Part shown: in pieces, positions 26,461 to 39,507 of the stretch
Layout of the letters: each line of letters begins with the position of its first letter
Position numbering within the stretch: position 1 is the first letter of the stretch
DNA from: Octopus sinensis
Taxonomy: Eukaryota
Reading direction: 5' to 3'
Length of the DNA: 64,000 nucleotides
NCBI RefSeq assembly: GCF_006345805.1
Contig: NC_042997.1
Coordinates: forward strand, 161,386,001-161,450,000
The notes under the pieces: generated by a model
Databases searched by the model: none
Told to the model about the DNA's origin: nothing
What the model saw: the letters and a program-made list of their open reading frames with translations, nothing else
Made by a program: the position numbers and the translations under genes

Positions 26461-28899
26461 TCTAGGGATATTACTGGACCTTTCTGACCCCCTCTTCTCA
26501 CTAACACATAACCTCCTCCCTCTCTCATTCTTATCATCCTACCTCTGTCTATATGAAATTTATGAAATATGAAAATCACATCAGATCTGCATGTACTGTG
26601 CACTCTTTACCATTCTCCTTTTATACTCCTTCACGACCCACCCATCCCCAGGGTCACTTGTTAATACCATTCATCATTCAGTCCAAGCATTTAACATCCT
26701 CTATTACTATCAATCAGCTTCTCATCCCTTCACTTCACTTAATCAGTTTCTATCTTCTTACTCCAATTACTCTGTTTCTACCATTTCACTTTTGTCCCTT
26801 TCACCTACCCTACTCATCATGGTTATTTCTCTGTCATTGCTCTTTTCTGCTAGTTCCCTAAGTCATGTAGCTCTAGATAAATAAACTTTATAGAATGGTG
26901 AAAGATTCTCTATTCTTGATTACCACTTGAAGGTCTACCCTGATGCCTCATCAACTATTTTATCTCTTTCTAGCTTCACCCTAATCACTCCCAGTTTCTC
27001 TTGTATTATGTGAGTGACTATGTAGATTCTCTACAGCAGGAAACTGGTTCTATTCAGGCTCTTTCTTTCATACTTTAACCTCTTATCTAGCAGCATGGTG
27101 CCACCTTCTTCTCTACTGTCGCCCCAGCCAGTTAAAGAGAATCATGGCCTAATGTTGCATAGCAATCTCACTAGTAGTGATGCTATGAATAAAAGCACCT
27201 GACACATGCTGTAAAGTGGTCAGCATTAGGAAGGGTATCCAGCAGCAAAAGTCATGCCAAAGTTAACATTGGAACATAATACAGTCTTGGGACCCATCAA
27301 ATCCTGTCAAACTGTCCTACACATGTCAACTTGGAACACAGGTGTTAAATGATGATGATGATGATGATGATGATGACGATGACGATGACGATAGTGACTT
27401 ATGTGTACATGTATGAGTATATGAGAGTGTGTGTGTGTATGCATGTATGTTTGTATGCATCCATATATGTGTGCATGTGTAGGGGTGCATGTATGTATGT
27501 GCATGGTTGTGTATGCATGTGTATGGAATATGAGCAAAATATATAGAAGATATAATCATATCAACACAATCCTTTACATTATCTCTAACACCATGACCAT
27601 CCTCATTATCACATTACTACCACCAACACTTCCACCACTACTACTACAACTATCACTGCCAACACAACCACTAATACCATTGCATTTACTAAAAATACAA
27701 ACTTTATTATAATCCTCCTTCAAATGCCAGAGTGTTCATCCTGGGTGGTATGAATATCCAGAAAAACCTTCCTCCATTTTAACGATTATTGTTTAATCCT
27801 TAGAACACAGATTTAACTACTTCCTTCCAGTATTTGAGAGCATCTAGCACAGATCACTATGCAATGATTTGATAGAGTTCTTAGAGTAACAGGTGAAATA
27901 CTTTGTAGTATGTATTCTGAGTTCAAGTCAAGTACTATATGTTAAACTTTGCCTTTCATCCTTTAAAGGCTGATAAATCAAGTACCAGGTTGAGGTGATG
28001 GATTTATAGAAACAGTAGAGCATCAGATGGGATGTCATGCAGCATTTATCCCACCTCTTTATATTCTGAGCTCAAAACCTGTTGCTATCTATTTAGGGGT
28101 AGACTTAATTTAATACTTGGTTTAACACTGCAGCTTGGCTCTTGGGTCCTATGGCAGAGCTCACTCTGTTGCCAGTGTTTAGACCAGGTATTCAGTTTAA
28201 GGATTCTTTTCCATCATCTCAGAGGCTCTTTGAATGGCAGTGGCCATGACCCTTCACTAAGATAAAAAGAAAATACTGAAATATACCAGTGTTGAGTTCT
28301 CTTAGATTCACTATGAAGTAGCATATGCTACAGCAACTTTTCTTTCTACTTATGCAGCATTATATAGTCATACAAATATCATTTCTTTGAAGCAACTTCT
28401 GCATGCATTGTGTTGTTTTCTTAGGTAATTTGCACACAGCTTGCCAGTGAGGTTTTAACTGCATATCCTTTCAGTTACAGTCAACTCTTTTTTTCTCAAT
28501 TAATTTTCTCTGTTTACCTCATAAAGCTTTCACTACTGCATAGTACCACATTCCTCTTATATGTGTCATCATGTGTCATATAACCTATCCAGTCAACAAA
28601 AAAAGGAATTCCTTTGGTACCAACATAGGCATCAATTCCTTTCATATCTATGTGCTAAACATACCACAGTACGATTTCTATATTTAACCAGTCAAACAAA
28701 CACAATGATAATAATAACAACAACAACAATAATAACAACAACAACAATGGCAATAACAGTAATAATCATAATAATAATAAAATGGGAAAATAAGCACTCC
28801 AGTGATGAAAGGAGAATTTTATAAGTAGAAATATACACTTCCCTCCCATATTTCACAATAATGAAATTTTATTGAAGAGCAGGCTTTTATTTTAGTTTT

Positions 28900-30560
28900 T
28901 CAAGTTTTATACTAAACATCAACTTTGAATTACTCACAAGAAGCTGTTGGTTATCTCTTCAAATGACAAAGGCAATACCATCTTTATTGCTTAATTACTT
29001 CTGCTCTATCAGTCCTTTGGTACGCTACTTAATTATTTAATCAGTGGACAAGTAATTATAGTATACAGCATAGTCTCCAGTTTTATCCTTTGCTGAAGCA
29101 TATTCAACAATGTAATTCCACATATAATGTCCATGGAGACATTACATTACTAAAGACTGAACTTCCATAAAATTTACCATTTATAAAGAAGTAAATGCCA
29201 CTTAATGAAGATCACTAAAACCCATGTAAACTTATCATCTAAAACTAATTTGATAGTAGCTTAATAATAGTAAGAAGCTATTGTATATAATTGTTTCAAG
29301 CATTTAGAGAACTCAAGCAAATTTAAGAAAGCCTAACTCCTTCAGGATTTTATCAATTTGATAAAATTAGATTAGATTTATCACAACATTTTTAGATCAA
29401 AGTCTAACCACAATTCCTTAATGAAGTTTCACATGAAATGAAAGGTTTCCTGAAAACATTGCTATTGAATTTGAAACTTTTCAACTTCAATGATAATAAC
29501 CTAATTGGGAACTCCTTGGATAATGCAGTTTATCCATCCACACCAGTTGACAGTTCATTACTCTCATATAAATGGTTTTGCCTGAAACATTAGTCTTATC
29601 TTCCTCCTAAGAACATAACATTTATTCTACAGTTTGAATTATTTATATTACTTTTATTTCTTACTGCTTGCCAATGCATAATATCACTTGTCCTTGGGTT
29701 CTACTGTTTTTACACTGTTATTTTATGTTTAGCTGCTTTATATGTATATTTTTATTTCCAAATTTTAGCCCAAAGAGATGAGGCAGGACCCATAACCTTC
29801 ACAGGTTATAGTTGATGATCAGCTTGAATGTCCACTGTGAAAAAGTTGCTAAGGAAACAGCTTCATTAGGTTGAAGTTTTAAAGATAAAATTATCAATGC
29901 AGTATTTGTGGAATGTGTCATGTTAGGAATGCCTCATAACTGAATGCCGAAATACTCCAGAGCTAAAAGCATGTGGATCAGAGAAAGCCAAATTGATACA
30001 TTATAATGAATTGTTTCCCGAGAAACTTCAAACTAAACAAAAATACTCAAAGCTCATAAAGAAATGTCTTTACAGAAGGCCAAGATTTCATGGAAATTAT
30101 CTCTCATTTGACTCCCATTAGGGACATATACATTATTTCCTGTTTGAATTATATTTCTTATGATTTGTATATGGCTAAGCTTCAAAATCTTGCCATTGCA
30201 CAAGTGTTCTAAATTGCAGAGTTTGTAATTATCATTTGCAGTATTCTTCTGTTGCAAAACACAAAATTCTTAAAATTATCTCTGAAATTATTGGCAAAAT
30301 ATTGTGATTATTGTCATTCATAATGGTTTTTCTATTTTATAGCAATAATATACAGATCACCAGTAGCAAGTGTTGCATATTAAAGAGTAATTTATGAGCA
30401 GGATGCGTTGTGTCCCACATTGGTTCTAAATCATAAGTATTTTGTATCCTTCATGTTGTTAATGTCTTTAGGAAAAAGGTTGAATGTAAGATATTGTTTT
30501 CTTCTTCCTACAATCCCCAAACTGACTTGCTAAAATTAGCAGTCAAATACAGTCACTGTT
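28900..30560 (-). mobile_element. Possible very old DNA-transposon (hAT-like) coding remnant
   Basis: Coding-like reverse strand with many stops (ORF 30054..30257; fragments such as EPMWDTTH and VLPLSFEEITNSF); weak support. Confidence 0.25.
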
Positions 30561-31915
30561 TCTCCTAGTACCTTAAAAATGAATGAATATAATGGATAAA
30601 ATAGTTTTGATTATAATATGACAAAAAGGGTGAGTCGGTCAGGGTTTGATTGCTTGTGAAATTATAAAAAATTGACAGATAAGAAAGTGAAGATATTGGT
30701 AAAATGGAAATACTGCACAGAATTATTAAGAACATAATGTTAATGAAGAGACAAAGAGAAATGTAAAATGTATAATTATATAGAAAGCTAAACAAAGTAG
30801 AAATTTTGGAAGGAAAATCTAGAAACTAAATATTTATTAACAATAAAGATGAAACATGCTTACACAAATACAGTTGATGAAAGCATCTATTACAAATGAA
30901 TAATCTGAAAAGAAGTAAACCACATCACATAAGGAATACAGTATATTTTCAAAGAGTGTAGGTAGATTTAATGATTGGTATGTAATTAATTAGAGTATTT
31001 ACTAAATGAATATATGTAGAAAGAGAGAGAGAAAGAGGGGAGGGAGAGAGAGATGTATATTTATTTACTCTGGCTCTAAAAGAAAGAAGCTGCTATTGTT
31101 GGAAATTCAATAGCTTTAGTAGAAATGGACAAATTATTACCAGTAACTAATAGTTACTATATTTTATGAACCAACAAGCTACATAAGCTGCTTATTAGCA
31201 GCCATGATTAGAATTAGAACTAAAGGTAATCATATGACAGAAGATATCTTTGTTGTTGAAGGTTTTTTAATACTGGGTATGAGATGTGATACATTAAGTA
31301 TTATTGGGGTATGTGTGTCCATAGTAACATAACACATTTGCCCATAACATAAGAGGTTGATGGATAAGAATTGCAAATATAAGAAGAGCCCTCCTGAAGG
31401 GTGGAATGAACAAAAGTGTTGGATATTGAGATTAGTTTCAGTATGGTCAACAAGGTAATGAAAGAAAAGATAAAGAAAGCTGCAGTTTATCATGGAAATT
31501 TACTAAAATGCTAAAAATATCTGTGAAATGTCTCCAATGACTGGTATTGTAAGCTACTAAATAAATATACACAGGAGAGAGAAAGTGAGAAAACTGAAAT
31601 GAAAATCTGTGGAGAGATAAAAATTACAGAGGCCTCATGGAGATAGTCCAAGTTTTGAAAGAAGCTGAGATCATAGAAATGTTATTGCATGACATGGTTC
31701 CCCTAGATAATATTTAGTTTGAGCTTATAGTAGGACAATGAAGAACAAATGTCTCTTTCAAGTGAAAGTTCTTTTCAAGTATATATTTCAGCTTTTAGAT
31801 TAGATTTACAGTGACCTTACATGTTATAAGAGACAACTTAAAGGGCTTGGCATCAAGAAAGCACCTGACTATAAAAAGTCCCATCCAACCCATTCCAGAA
31901 TGGAAAATCATCATC

Positions 31916-31965
<50 letters not shown>

Positions 31966-32802
31966 TATTTGCAGTCTGTCTTTCATGCTATCATGAGTTA
32001 GCAGGATCTGATAAACCAGAGGGCTACACTGAGCTCCAATGTCTGCTTTGGTGCTCACCACAGTATTCTAGCTCATTGGTAACTGTCCAACCGTCCAATC
32101 TAATACAAAAACAACGATGGTGATAATGATGAATTACAAATCCCAAATTAAGAACAATAGACTGCTTTAACAAACAATTATACTTTGCATTTATCTTCCT
32201 GAATTAATGATTTCATTTAGTTCTGTTTAAAGCCAGGTGTTTATTAATGACTCAGAATAGTTGTCTACTTTCTGCACAGGATTGGGGTTTAAAATTTAAT
32301 GTTGACAAATTTAGTGAGCTACTAATTGTTCCTCGAATCTCTGTTCTCTACCCTTTTCTATATGTATAAGTACTAAATGAAATAAGGGAGAATTTTCAAG
32401 TTTAAATGTTCATAGAAACATTTTATATGCTGATTAAATGTTTTTTACTGCAGAATTTAAAAAAAACTTCACAGAAAGTTAAAGGCATTGTGAAACAGTG
32501 TAATATCCAAAACCTAAATAAGAACACACATTTGCCACTTTTCTCTTCATCCATACATACTGACATGAATTCTCCTCCCAGGCTAACCACTAAGCTCCAT
32601 CCTCCCTTCTCTAAGCATCAGCACTCTGGATTACCCTTCTGTGCTTATTTTCCATACAGATGTCAACTAGTAACTGTTCAAAGTGAATATTAACTACATC
32701 AGTCTCACCAGACTCAGACATACAAAACAAATTAAGGGCTTGGTCCATTTTTCTTGATTAAAATCACAAACAAATACAAATAAAACTTATAAAATACTTT
32801 AC

Positions 32803-33102
32803 CAATTTCCCTGTGTAAAGTTGCTGGTAGTGAAGGATCACTGGTACCAAATTCATTGGCTGCTCTGACTCTGAACATATAATCTTGCTCAGAATTAAGG
32901 TCATTTAAAGTATGGGTGGTCTCTGTTATCCCTGAAGCAACAGAGTTCCACTGAAGTGCTGGTGGTTCACGTATTTCAATGACATATGTAATACAACAGT
33001 TTTTTGCATAAGATGGGACACGAGCAGGTTTCCAACTCAAGATAAGACTGCTTTCAGATTCTTCAGTAATTTTTGGACGACCCTTTGGAGCCCTAGGAGG
33101 AC
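32803..33102 (-). CDS. FN3 exon (PPRAPKGRPKITEESESSLILSWKPA...YMFRVRAANEFGTSDPSLPATLHREI)
   Basis: tatttaag/gtaaag, 300 nt, phase 1-1; FN3 consensus. Confidence 0.92.
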
Positions 33103-33556
33103 CTTAAATAAATGAAAAATATATATTAAATTTAGAAATTTTCAAAACATTAACATTAAATTATATAAAGTGAAGTTGTAGAAGTCTTAATTTTAATGAA
33201 ATTTCTAAAAAAAAGATAATTATAAAAACTGTTACTGAAAATATGATGAAAATAAAAAACAGTTTTGATTGGATAGCCATTCTAAAGTTAACAATTAATT
33301 TCATTGTCTTAATGAAATTAACAGATCTTAATTTAATAATGAAGAATAATAATGCTTTAAATCATATTACGTAAGTGCAATGCAGCCAGAAATTTATTCA
33401 ATTTTCATAATGAAAAATTTAAGAGAAGTATATTTTATGTACATATATATTGCAGCTTGTAAACAATAATATCATTGGTTATAGGTTTTTAGTTAGCTAG
33501 TAATTGGTTTACTAAATGTATGATAGCAAATGTAACAATGGAGTATTTGTAACTTA

Positions 33557-33991
33557 ATGTGGAACAAATACAGTAAGGGACTTTGTCAAAAAAAAAGAAC
33601 CAGTTATTTGGTTTTCTCACAAAGCTGCATTAAATCAAGAATTGAATTAAACGAAAGAGAAGCTAAATCTGTTATGGAGTATCTCGATAATTTAATCAAA
33701 GAAAATAATACTATCATGGCAAAATTAGTGGAAGAAAACCTTCTCAAGCGAGAAGAATTGGTGAAATCTTTGTACAAAGATGTTCAAGATACTTCACCTG
33801 CCGGAGATAATGGTGAAATGGCACAGAAGCGAAAACATACTCTTCAAGAAACTGTAGAAACTTTTTTTCCTGGCGAAGGTACTGTCGACCATGTCTTGAA
33901 AGTTGTAGCAGAGCGGGTACATAATCCTTTACCTTGTATTAAAGTAAATCCATTCTCGTGTCCAGCAGCAGTAGCAGAAGCGGATGAATGA
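33557..33991 (+). CDS. Unidentified coding-like ORF or terminal exon (144 aa; helical N-half LNEREAKSVMEYLDNLIKENNTIMAKLVEENLLKREELVKSL)
   Basis: Non-repetitive, protein-like composition, higher GC and CpG than the flanks; possible acceptor ttttctcacaaag at 33624; family not recognised. Confidence 0.4.
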   Translation: MWNKYSKGLCQKKRTSYLVFSQSCIKSRIELNEREAKSVMEYLDNLIKENNTIMAKLVEENLLKREELVKSLYKDVQDTSPAGDNGEMAQKRKHTLQETVETFFPGEGTVDHVLKVVAERVHNPLPCIKVNPFSCPAAVAEADE

Positions 33992-34460
33992 AACCTTCCT
34001 TCTCTTTCATCACACTGATTTCGCGTTTGATAATGTGCTTTGTGTTTGTTCCTTTTCAAATATGATTTGTGGAAACCAATCTTCCTTGGAGAAGCCTCAT
34101 GAGTGAATTTGTTCAAAATATTGTTGTGACGGTGCCATGTAAAAGAACTCACGCCAGTGTCACATAGAAGCACCTGGTACACTCTCCAAAATGGTTGGCA
34201 TTAAGAAGGGCATCCATCTGTAAAAACCAGACAAATGGAACCAGGGCACCCCTCCAGCTGGCCAATTCATGTGAAACTGTCCACCCGATGATATTTTCCT
34301 CAAACACTCTTTCTAATTCTCATATAACAAACACATAATCTCTTCCATCTCAGACTTACAGCAGATATTATAATATTAATCAGTCAGTTACTCTTTGCTG
34401 AAGGTCTATTAGTACAAGGCCACCCTTATTTCACTACCATCTTCTCATCTGTACTTACAG

Positions 34461-34633
34461 ATACTACCCGACAACGGAGAGAGAACGAAGTTGATGCCCG
34501 TGACTACCATTTTGTTGCATCTCAAGAGCAAATGGAGCGAGACATTCAAAACCATCTTTTCATTGAAGCTGGCCAGTACAATGACAATCTTTACGGAACT
34601 AGTGTTGCGTCAGTGAAGGAAGTTGCAGAAAAG
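34461..34633 (+). CDS. dlg1: Discs-large (DLG/MAGUK) guanylate-kinase-domain exon, isolated fragment ([57 protein letters not shown])
   Basis: ttacag/gtaggc, 173 nt, phase 1-0, open; recognisably the DLG GK motif [28 protein letters not shown]; absent from the ORF track. Confidence 0.85.
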
Positions 34634-35135
34634 GTAGGCGCCCACTCTCCACATTTATTTACACTTTTCCTTCTATGATGCGTATTTCTGCTCAACCCTA
34701 TTCTTCCCAACTGGATGTTTGCCGATATACCCCAGTTACCATATTTTATTATAAGATGGGTATGATTAAAATGTTGTGCCTATGTTTTTAAATTTAATAA
34801 GACCATGCTTAATCTTATGAAAATAGTCACTGTATAGACTCCTTCAAAGGTTTAGATCCATGAGTCAGATGACCAAAATATCTCCAGTCATTGTTGAACA
34901 GTGGACAGACCTTAGGACTACACATAACAAAAAGACTTGAGCTCTGTTGACTAAAAATCATAAACGTCTGATGTTTAGATTGGAGATACTACCTGTCTTT
35001 AATACTTGGGAAGATGGTTGAACAACTTGAAATTTAAGTATTAGTTACCTACACATACACATACACAAACACATCTTCAGCTTGATTAAAATGAAACTAT
35101 GTTTAATCTTCTGTTTTAAAATGTTCTTTGTTCAG

Positions 35136-35245
35136 GGCAAACACTGCATTTTGGACGTCAGTGGTAACGCAATCAAGCGGCTACAAGTAGCAGGATTATA
35201 TCCAATCGCAGTTTTCATCAAACCCAAATCCGTGGAATCTATAAT
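35136..35245 (+). CDS. dlg1: Next DLG GK exon ([36 protein letters not shown])
   Basis: tttgttcag/gtaagt, 110 nt, phase 0-2, in frame with 34461..34633; [17 protein letters not shown] is diagnostic of the DLG1-4 family. Confidence 0.85.
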
Positions 35246-35959
35246 GTAAGTTGAACTTCTTTTTTTTTTTTCCTTTGAGAATTAGAAGTCCTTCTTTGTG
35301 CATAGTAGGATAGGGCTCAAGCCAATATGATTGAGAAGTAAATTTTTTAACGTCATGTGCAAAATTATATAATTTTGTACGTTTTTTTTTTCTTGGTCTA
35401 TATTATCTTCTGTGTTTTTCATTTTAAAAGACAACAGAGTGTGGTATGAGGGGGATTTGGCTGTTAGTTGTATTGGCTTGAGTGATCATCTAAAGAATTC
35501 GTTGTTAGCTTCTTTAGTTATTATATTACCCCCAGTAGTGGCCTTGATACTTTATTACAATTTCATTCACATCTAGAAAATATTATAATTCATACACATC
35601 TAGAATATATTATAGAAATCATCCCCATACTAATTAGCACTTAATTTTATCAACCCTGGAAGGCTGAAATTAAAAGTTAACCTCATAGGGACTTGAATTC
35701 AGAACATGAAAGATTATATCTAAATGCTGCAAGGCATATAGTCCAACTGATTCTTCTGGTTACCCATCAGTGATATGCAGTGGTATTTTCTCATGGAAGT
35801 GAGTCAGAGATGTAGTTTTAATTTTCAGCTACTACAACTTATGGTTTAAAAATATTTGTTTTAATCATTTACACTTGGTATTTGAACATAAAAAAGATCA
35901 AAATTTCAAATAGGGTAAATAAAACTTTTACCAAACTTTCATTCAAATTTTAATGATTC

Positions 35960-36380
35960 AGTATTTAGACTACTCTTTAGCTTCATTTGACTATTATTAG
36001 GCTACATCTTAGTTACATTTTAGATAGATTTAGACTACATTTTGACAACACTTACATTCAGTCTGCACTTTGTCTATGTTGGACTATAATTTTGTAACAC
36101 TAGTTACACTTAAGTTTCTCTTAAGCTACATTTTGATTTCATTTTGGTAATATGGGTTCTAGTCTTTGGTTTTCACTTAAGCTACACTTAGACTACACTT
36201 GGTCAAACTCATGATACTCTTTGGCTATGCTTTGGGTGTATATAATTATAATTTGGTTACATTTGAATTACTCTTAAACTCATTTTTTTGGCAATATTTT
36301 GGCTACATGTAGCCTACTTTTTAGCTACACTTAAGCTTCTTTTATGTTACACTTAGGCTACACTTTTGTTACACTTAGTA
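35960..36380. repeat. Degenerate minisatellite with an ~11-bp unit (about GGCTACACTTA)
   Basis: Recurring gctacacttag / gactacattttg / gttacacttaa variants. Confidence 0.65.
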
Positions 36381-36412
36381 ACAACTAGAAGTTTTACAGT
36401 CAACAAAATGCA

Positions 36413-37659
36413 TCAGGTCATCCCATAAGTTCTGTTTGATTTTACCTTTTTTAAAATTGAATGAAATTTAATAGTATTTTAGAATGTCTAATGGAATCAA
36501 AAATTATTTTTATGCATTTGTGTACATTTAAACTAATTAAATATTATTTTACAGAATAATAGAATTAAAATTTCTTTGATTAAAACCCTTTCAAACATGG
36601 ATGTATCCAAAGAGCATTTGAGATACATAATGCTTTATGAGTACAAAAAAGGAAACTCTGCAGCCAAAGCGACTTGAAACATACACTTAGTTTATGGGAA
36701 AGAATGCTTGAATGAAAGAACTTTCAGAAGATGGCTTGCAAAATTCAGAAGTGGAGATTTCAGCCTTGAAGATGAAGATAGAACAGGATGTCCAGTTGAG
36801 TTTGATGATAAGCTCCTTGAGGCATTAATTGAAGAAAATCCTGCATTATCACTTGCAGAATTGGCAATAAAGCTTAGTTCAAACCATACAACTGTTCATT
36901 GTCATCTTCAACAACTTGGAAAGGTTCCTAAATTTGGAAAATTGATGCCTCATGAATTGTCTGAAAGTAACCACAAATCCTAAGTTCCCATCTGCTCTTC
37001 TCTCCATTCTCGCGAACTCACTTCACTCTTTTTGGAAAGACTTGTGACGAAAAATGAATTTTCTACCGAAATGTTAAACGTCGTAAACAGTGGTTTGGTA
37101 AAAGGGAAAAAGTTCAACCACAACCAAGAAGGGAACTTCATGGAAAAAGCTTCTTCTCTCTATCTGGTGGATTACAAAGGAGTAATTCACTTTGAATTGT
37201 TACCACCTAATGCAACTATCAATGCTCAAGTCTACACCTACAATTAGAGTGTTTGAACCATGATTTGAAGAAAAAAGACCCGCTTTAGTGAATTGAAAAT
37301 GAGGGATGTTTCATCAGGACAATGCGCAACCCCACACTGCAAAGATCACATCATAGAAGATCGAAGAGCTTGGTTGGGAAAAAATTCTTCATCCACCTTA
37401 TTCTCCAAACCTTGGTCCTTCAGACTATCAATTGTTTTGTATTGCAAGCCAGGAGGAGGTCAAAACTGACATTTCAGAGTTCTTTGCTTTGAAACCAAAA
37501 GAATTTTACATAGATGGGATTAAAAAACTTGTAAATAGATGGAAGGAAGTCATAGATAATCTGGGAAAGTACATTGATGATTAAATTTCAATTAAATATA
37601 ACATTTGATCACTTGCTTTCTTTATTCAGAATTCGGACAGAACTTATGGGATGACCTGA
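36413..37659 (+). mobile_element. Mariner element, family 1, near full length; transposase disrupted
   Basis: TIRs TCAGGTCATCCCATAAGTTCTG...CAGAACTTATGGGATGACCTGA followed by TA; transposase from ATG 36597 (MDVSKEHLRYIMLYEYKKG*, KFRSGDFSLEDEDRTGCP, PHELSE, HQDNAQPH) with stops and frameshifts. Confidence 0.95.
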
Positions 37660-37870
37660 TAATAAAACCTTGCTTCACAGAATCTTGAAAAATCTCTGTA
37701 AAAACGGTAACTTAAAAAATTTGATGTATATAAGATATAATCAGCATCTATCATCTGAAGCAAACTAGAAAACCAGACATTTCTCAAATTCACCAGAAAT
37801 CAGTATTTCACTTTACAAAATGTCATTGTCAAGTACAATAATAGGATATATTTCTTTTTGAAATACTTAC

Positions 37871-37960
37871 TGATCAAAACCATAGGATCATTAAATGTGA
37901 CAGATGGCAGAAGAAGCTTTTCAACTTTCTCTTCCTCCATTGATGTTGATGGAGTAGGTG
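37871..37960 (-). CDS. Linker exon (PTPSTSMEEEKVEKLLLPSVTFNDPMVLI)
   Basis: atattcag/gtaagt, 90 nt, phase 1-1, open; fits the alternating FN3/linker pattern. Confidence 0.75.
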
Positions 37961-38145
37961 CTGAATATTAAATAAAAATTATTGAACTTGTAATATTTAA
38001 ATAGTCAGGAATATATTTGAAATCATCAGGCACATATGACAGCATGAAGAATATAATAATAGTCAGATATCTATACACATACACTTCTTTTTTTATCAAA
38101 TTTTCAATTGTTAGCCACCTTCTTTTTTACACATCCACACACACA

Positions 38146-38158
38146 TAGATAGATAGAG

Positions 38159-38255
<97 letters not shown>
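38146..38255. repeat. (GATA)n microsatellite
   Basis: Direct observation. Confidence 0.95.
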
Positions 38256-38257
<2 letters not shown>

Positions 38258-39127
38258 TATCTTTTACAGTATTGTCAACTTCACATCCTATTTATCTTGA
38301 GTAGCATCTTGGTAATATTGGGCAAAAATCAACTTTCAATAATCTGTCTCCTAAATAATAATTATTTTTCATTCTGTTTTTAGTCTGCAATTTATTCTGG
38401 AGAATACTTATCAATTTTTCTGTATATGTGTAGTTTCTAATATTTCAAGTTCTTAACACTGACAACATTTTATATATATATAAAAAAAAAAAGATGACAT
38501 TTTGCAATGCCCATTAGTTTAGGAAAAAGTAAAAGAGAACAAAGACATTTTTTCTTGTTAATGGGTATTATTTTACAGTCCACTTTTCTCTCTTTTTCTG
38601 TTTTATCCAGTGTATTGTGCATGCACTTTTACAAGGGTAAGCTGAAAAGTTCATAGGCTGACTATGAAGGAGTGTTGCTAGAGCTGTGAAACCTTGCATG
38701 CATTAATCTTAACCCTTCTCATTAATAACTGTATTATTTCTTTCCAGATGAACTGACATCTACCTATTAAAAAAAGGCTGCTTCAAAAGTAACCAGAATC
38801 GACTTCTCTTGAAAATGGACGAAATTTGGCATTGTTGTGTTATCAAGTACCTGCAGAAAAACGGTTTAGCCTCTAATGACATTCATGCTGACATGGTTGC
38901 TACATTAGGGGATGAGTGCAAAATTGGACAGCTAAATTTAGCAGAAGGGAGAGTTTAGAAATTGACCCAAGGTCTGGACATTTTGCAACTGCCACCACCA
39001 AGGAAAACATTGATCATGCTCATCACATGGCAATGGATGACAGGCAATTGACTATAAATCAAATAGCCAATGCTATTAACATATCGCATGAGAGAGCTGA
39101 AGATATTCTGCACAATGAACTCGGCAT

Positions 39128-39507
39128 TTTTTTTCTTGTTTCAGTTATTAAACTGTGGCCATGCTGAGGCACTGCCTTCAAGAATTTTTAGTTTAATATA
39201 TCAACCCCAATACTTAAACTTTTAAAGTTTGGTACTTATTTTATCAATGTCTTTTGCCAAACAGCTAAATTGTAGGGACATAAACATGCCAGCTCTGGTT
39301 GTCAAGTGGTGATTAGGGGACAACATAGACAGAATCTCTCTCACACACACACACACACATCTATTTATACATAACAAGCTTCTTTCAGTTTCCATCTGCC
39401 AAATCCACTCACAAGGCTTTGGTTGGCCTGAGGCTATAGTAGAAGACACTAGCCCAAGGTGCCATGCAGTGGGACTGAACCTAGAACCATGTGGTTGGGA
39501 AGTAAGC
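39128..39507 (-). mobile_element. SINE family A, 5'-truncated, nested in mariner family 2
   Basis: Homologous to the other family A copies; splits the transposase after ILHNELG. Confidence 0.85.

Noticed and set aside
34461-35245. DLG processed pseudogene
   Set aside because: The 502-bp intron between the two exons is retained with intact splice sites, so the copy is DNA-level and not a retrocopy.
33150-37659. Idea that mariner family 1 captured and carried the DLG block
   Set aside because: The mariner has both of its own TIRs to the right of the block, and I saw no matching TIR to the left.
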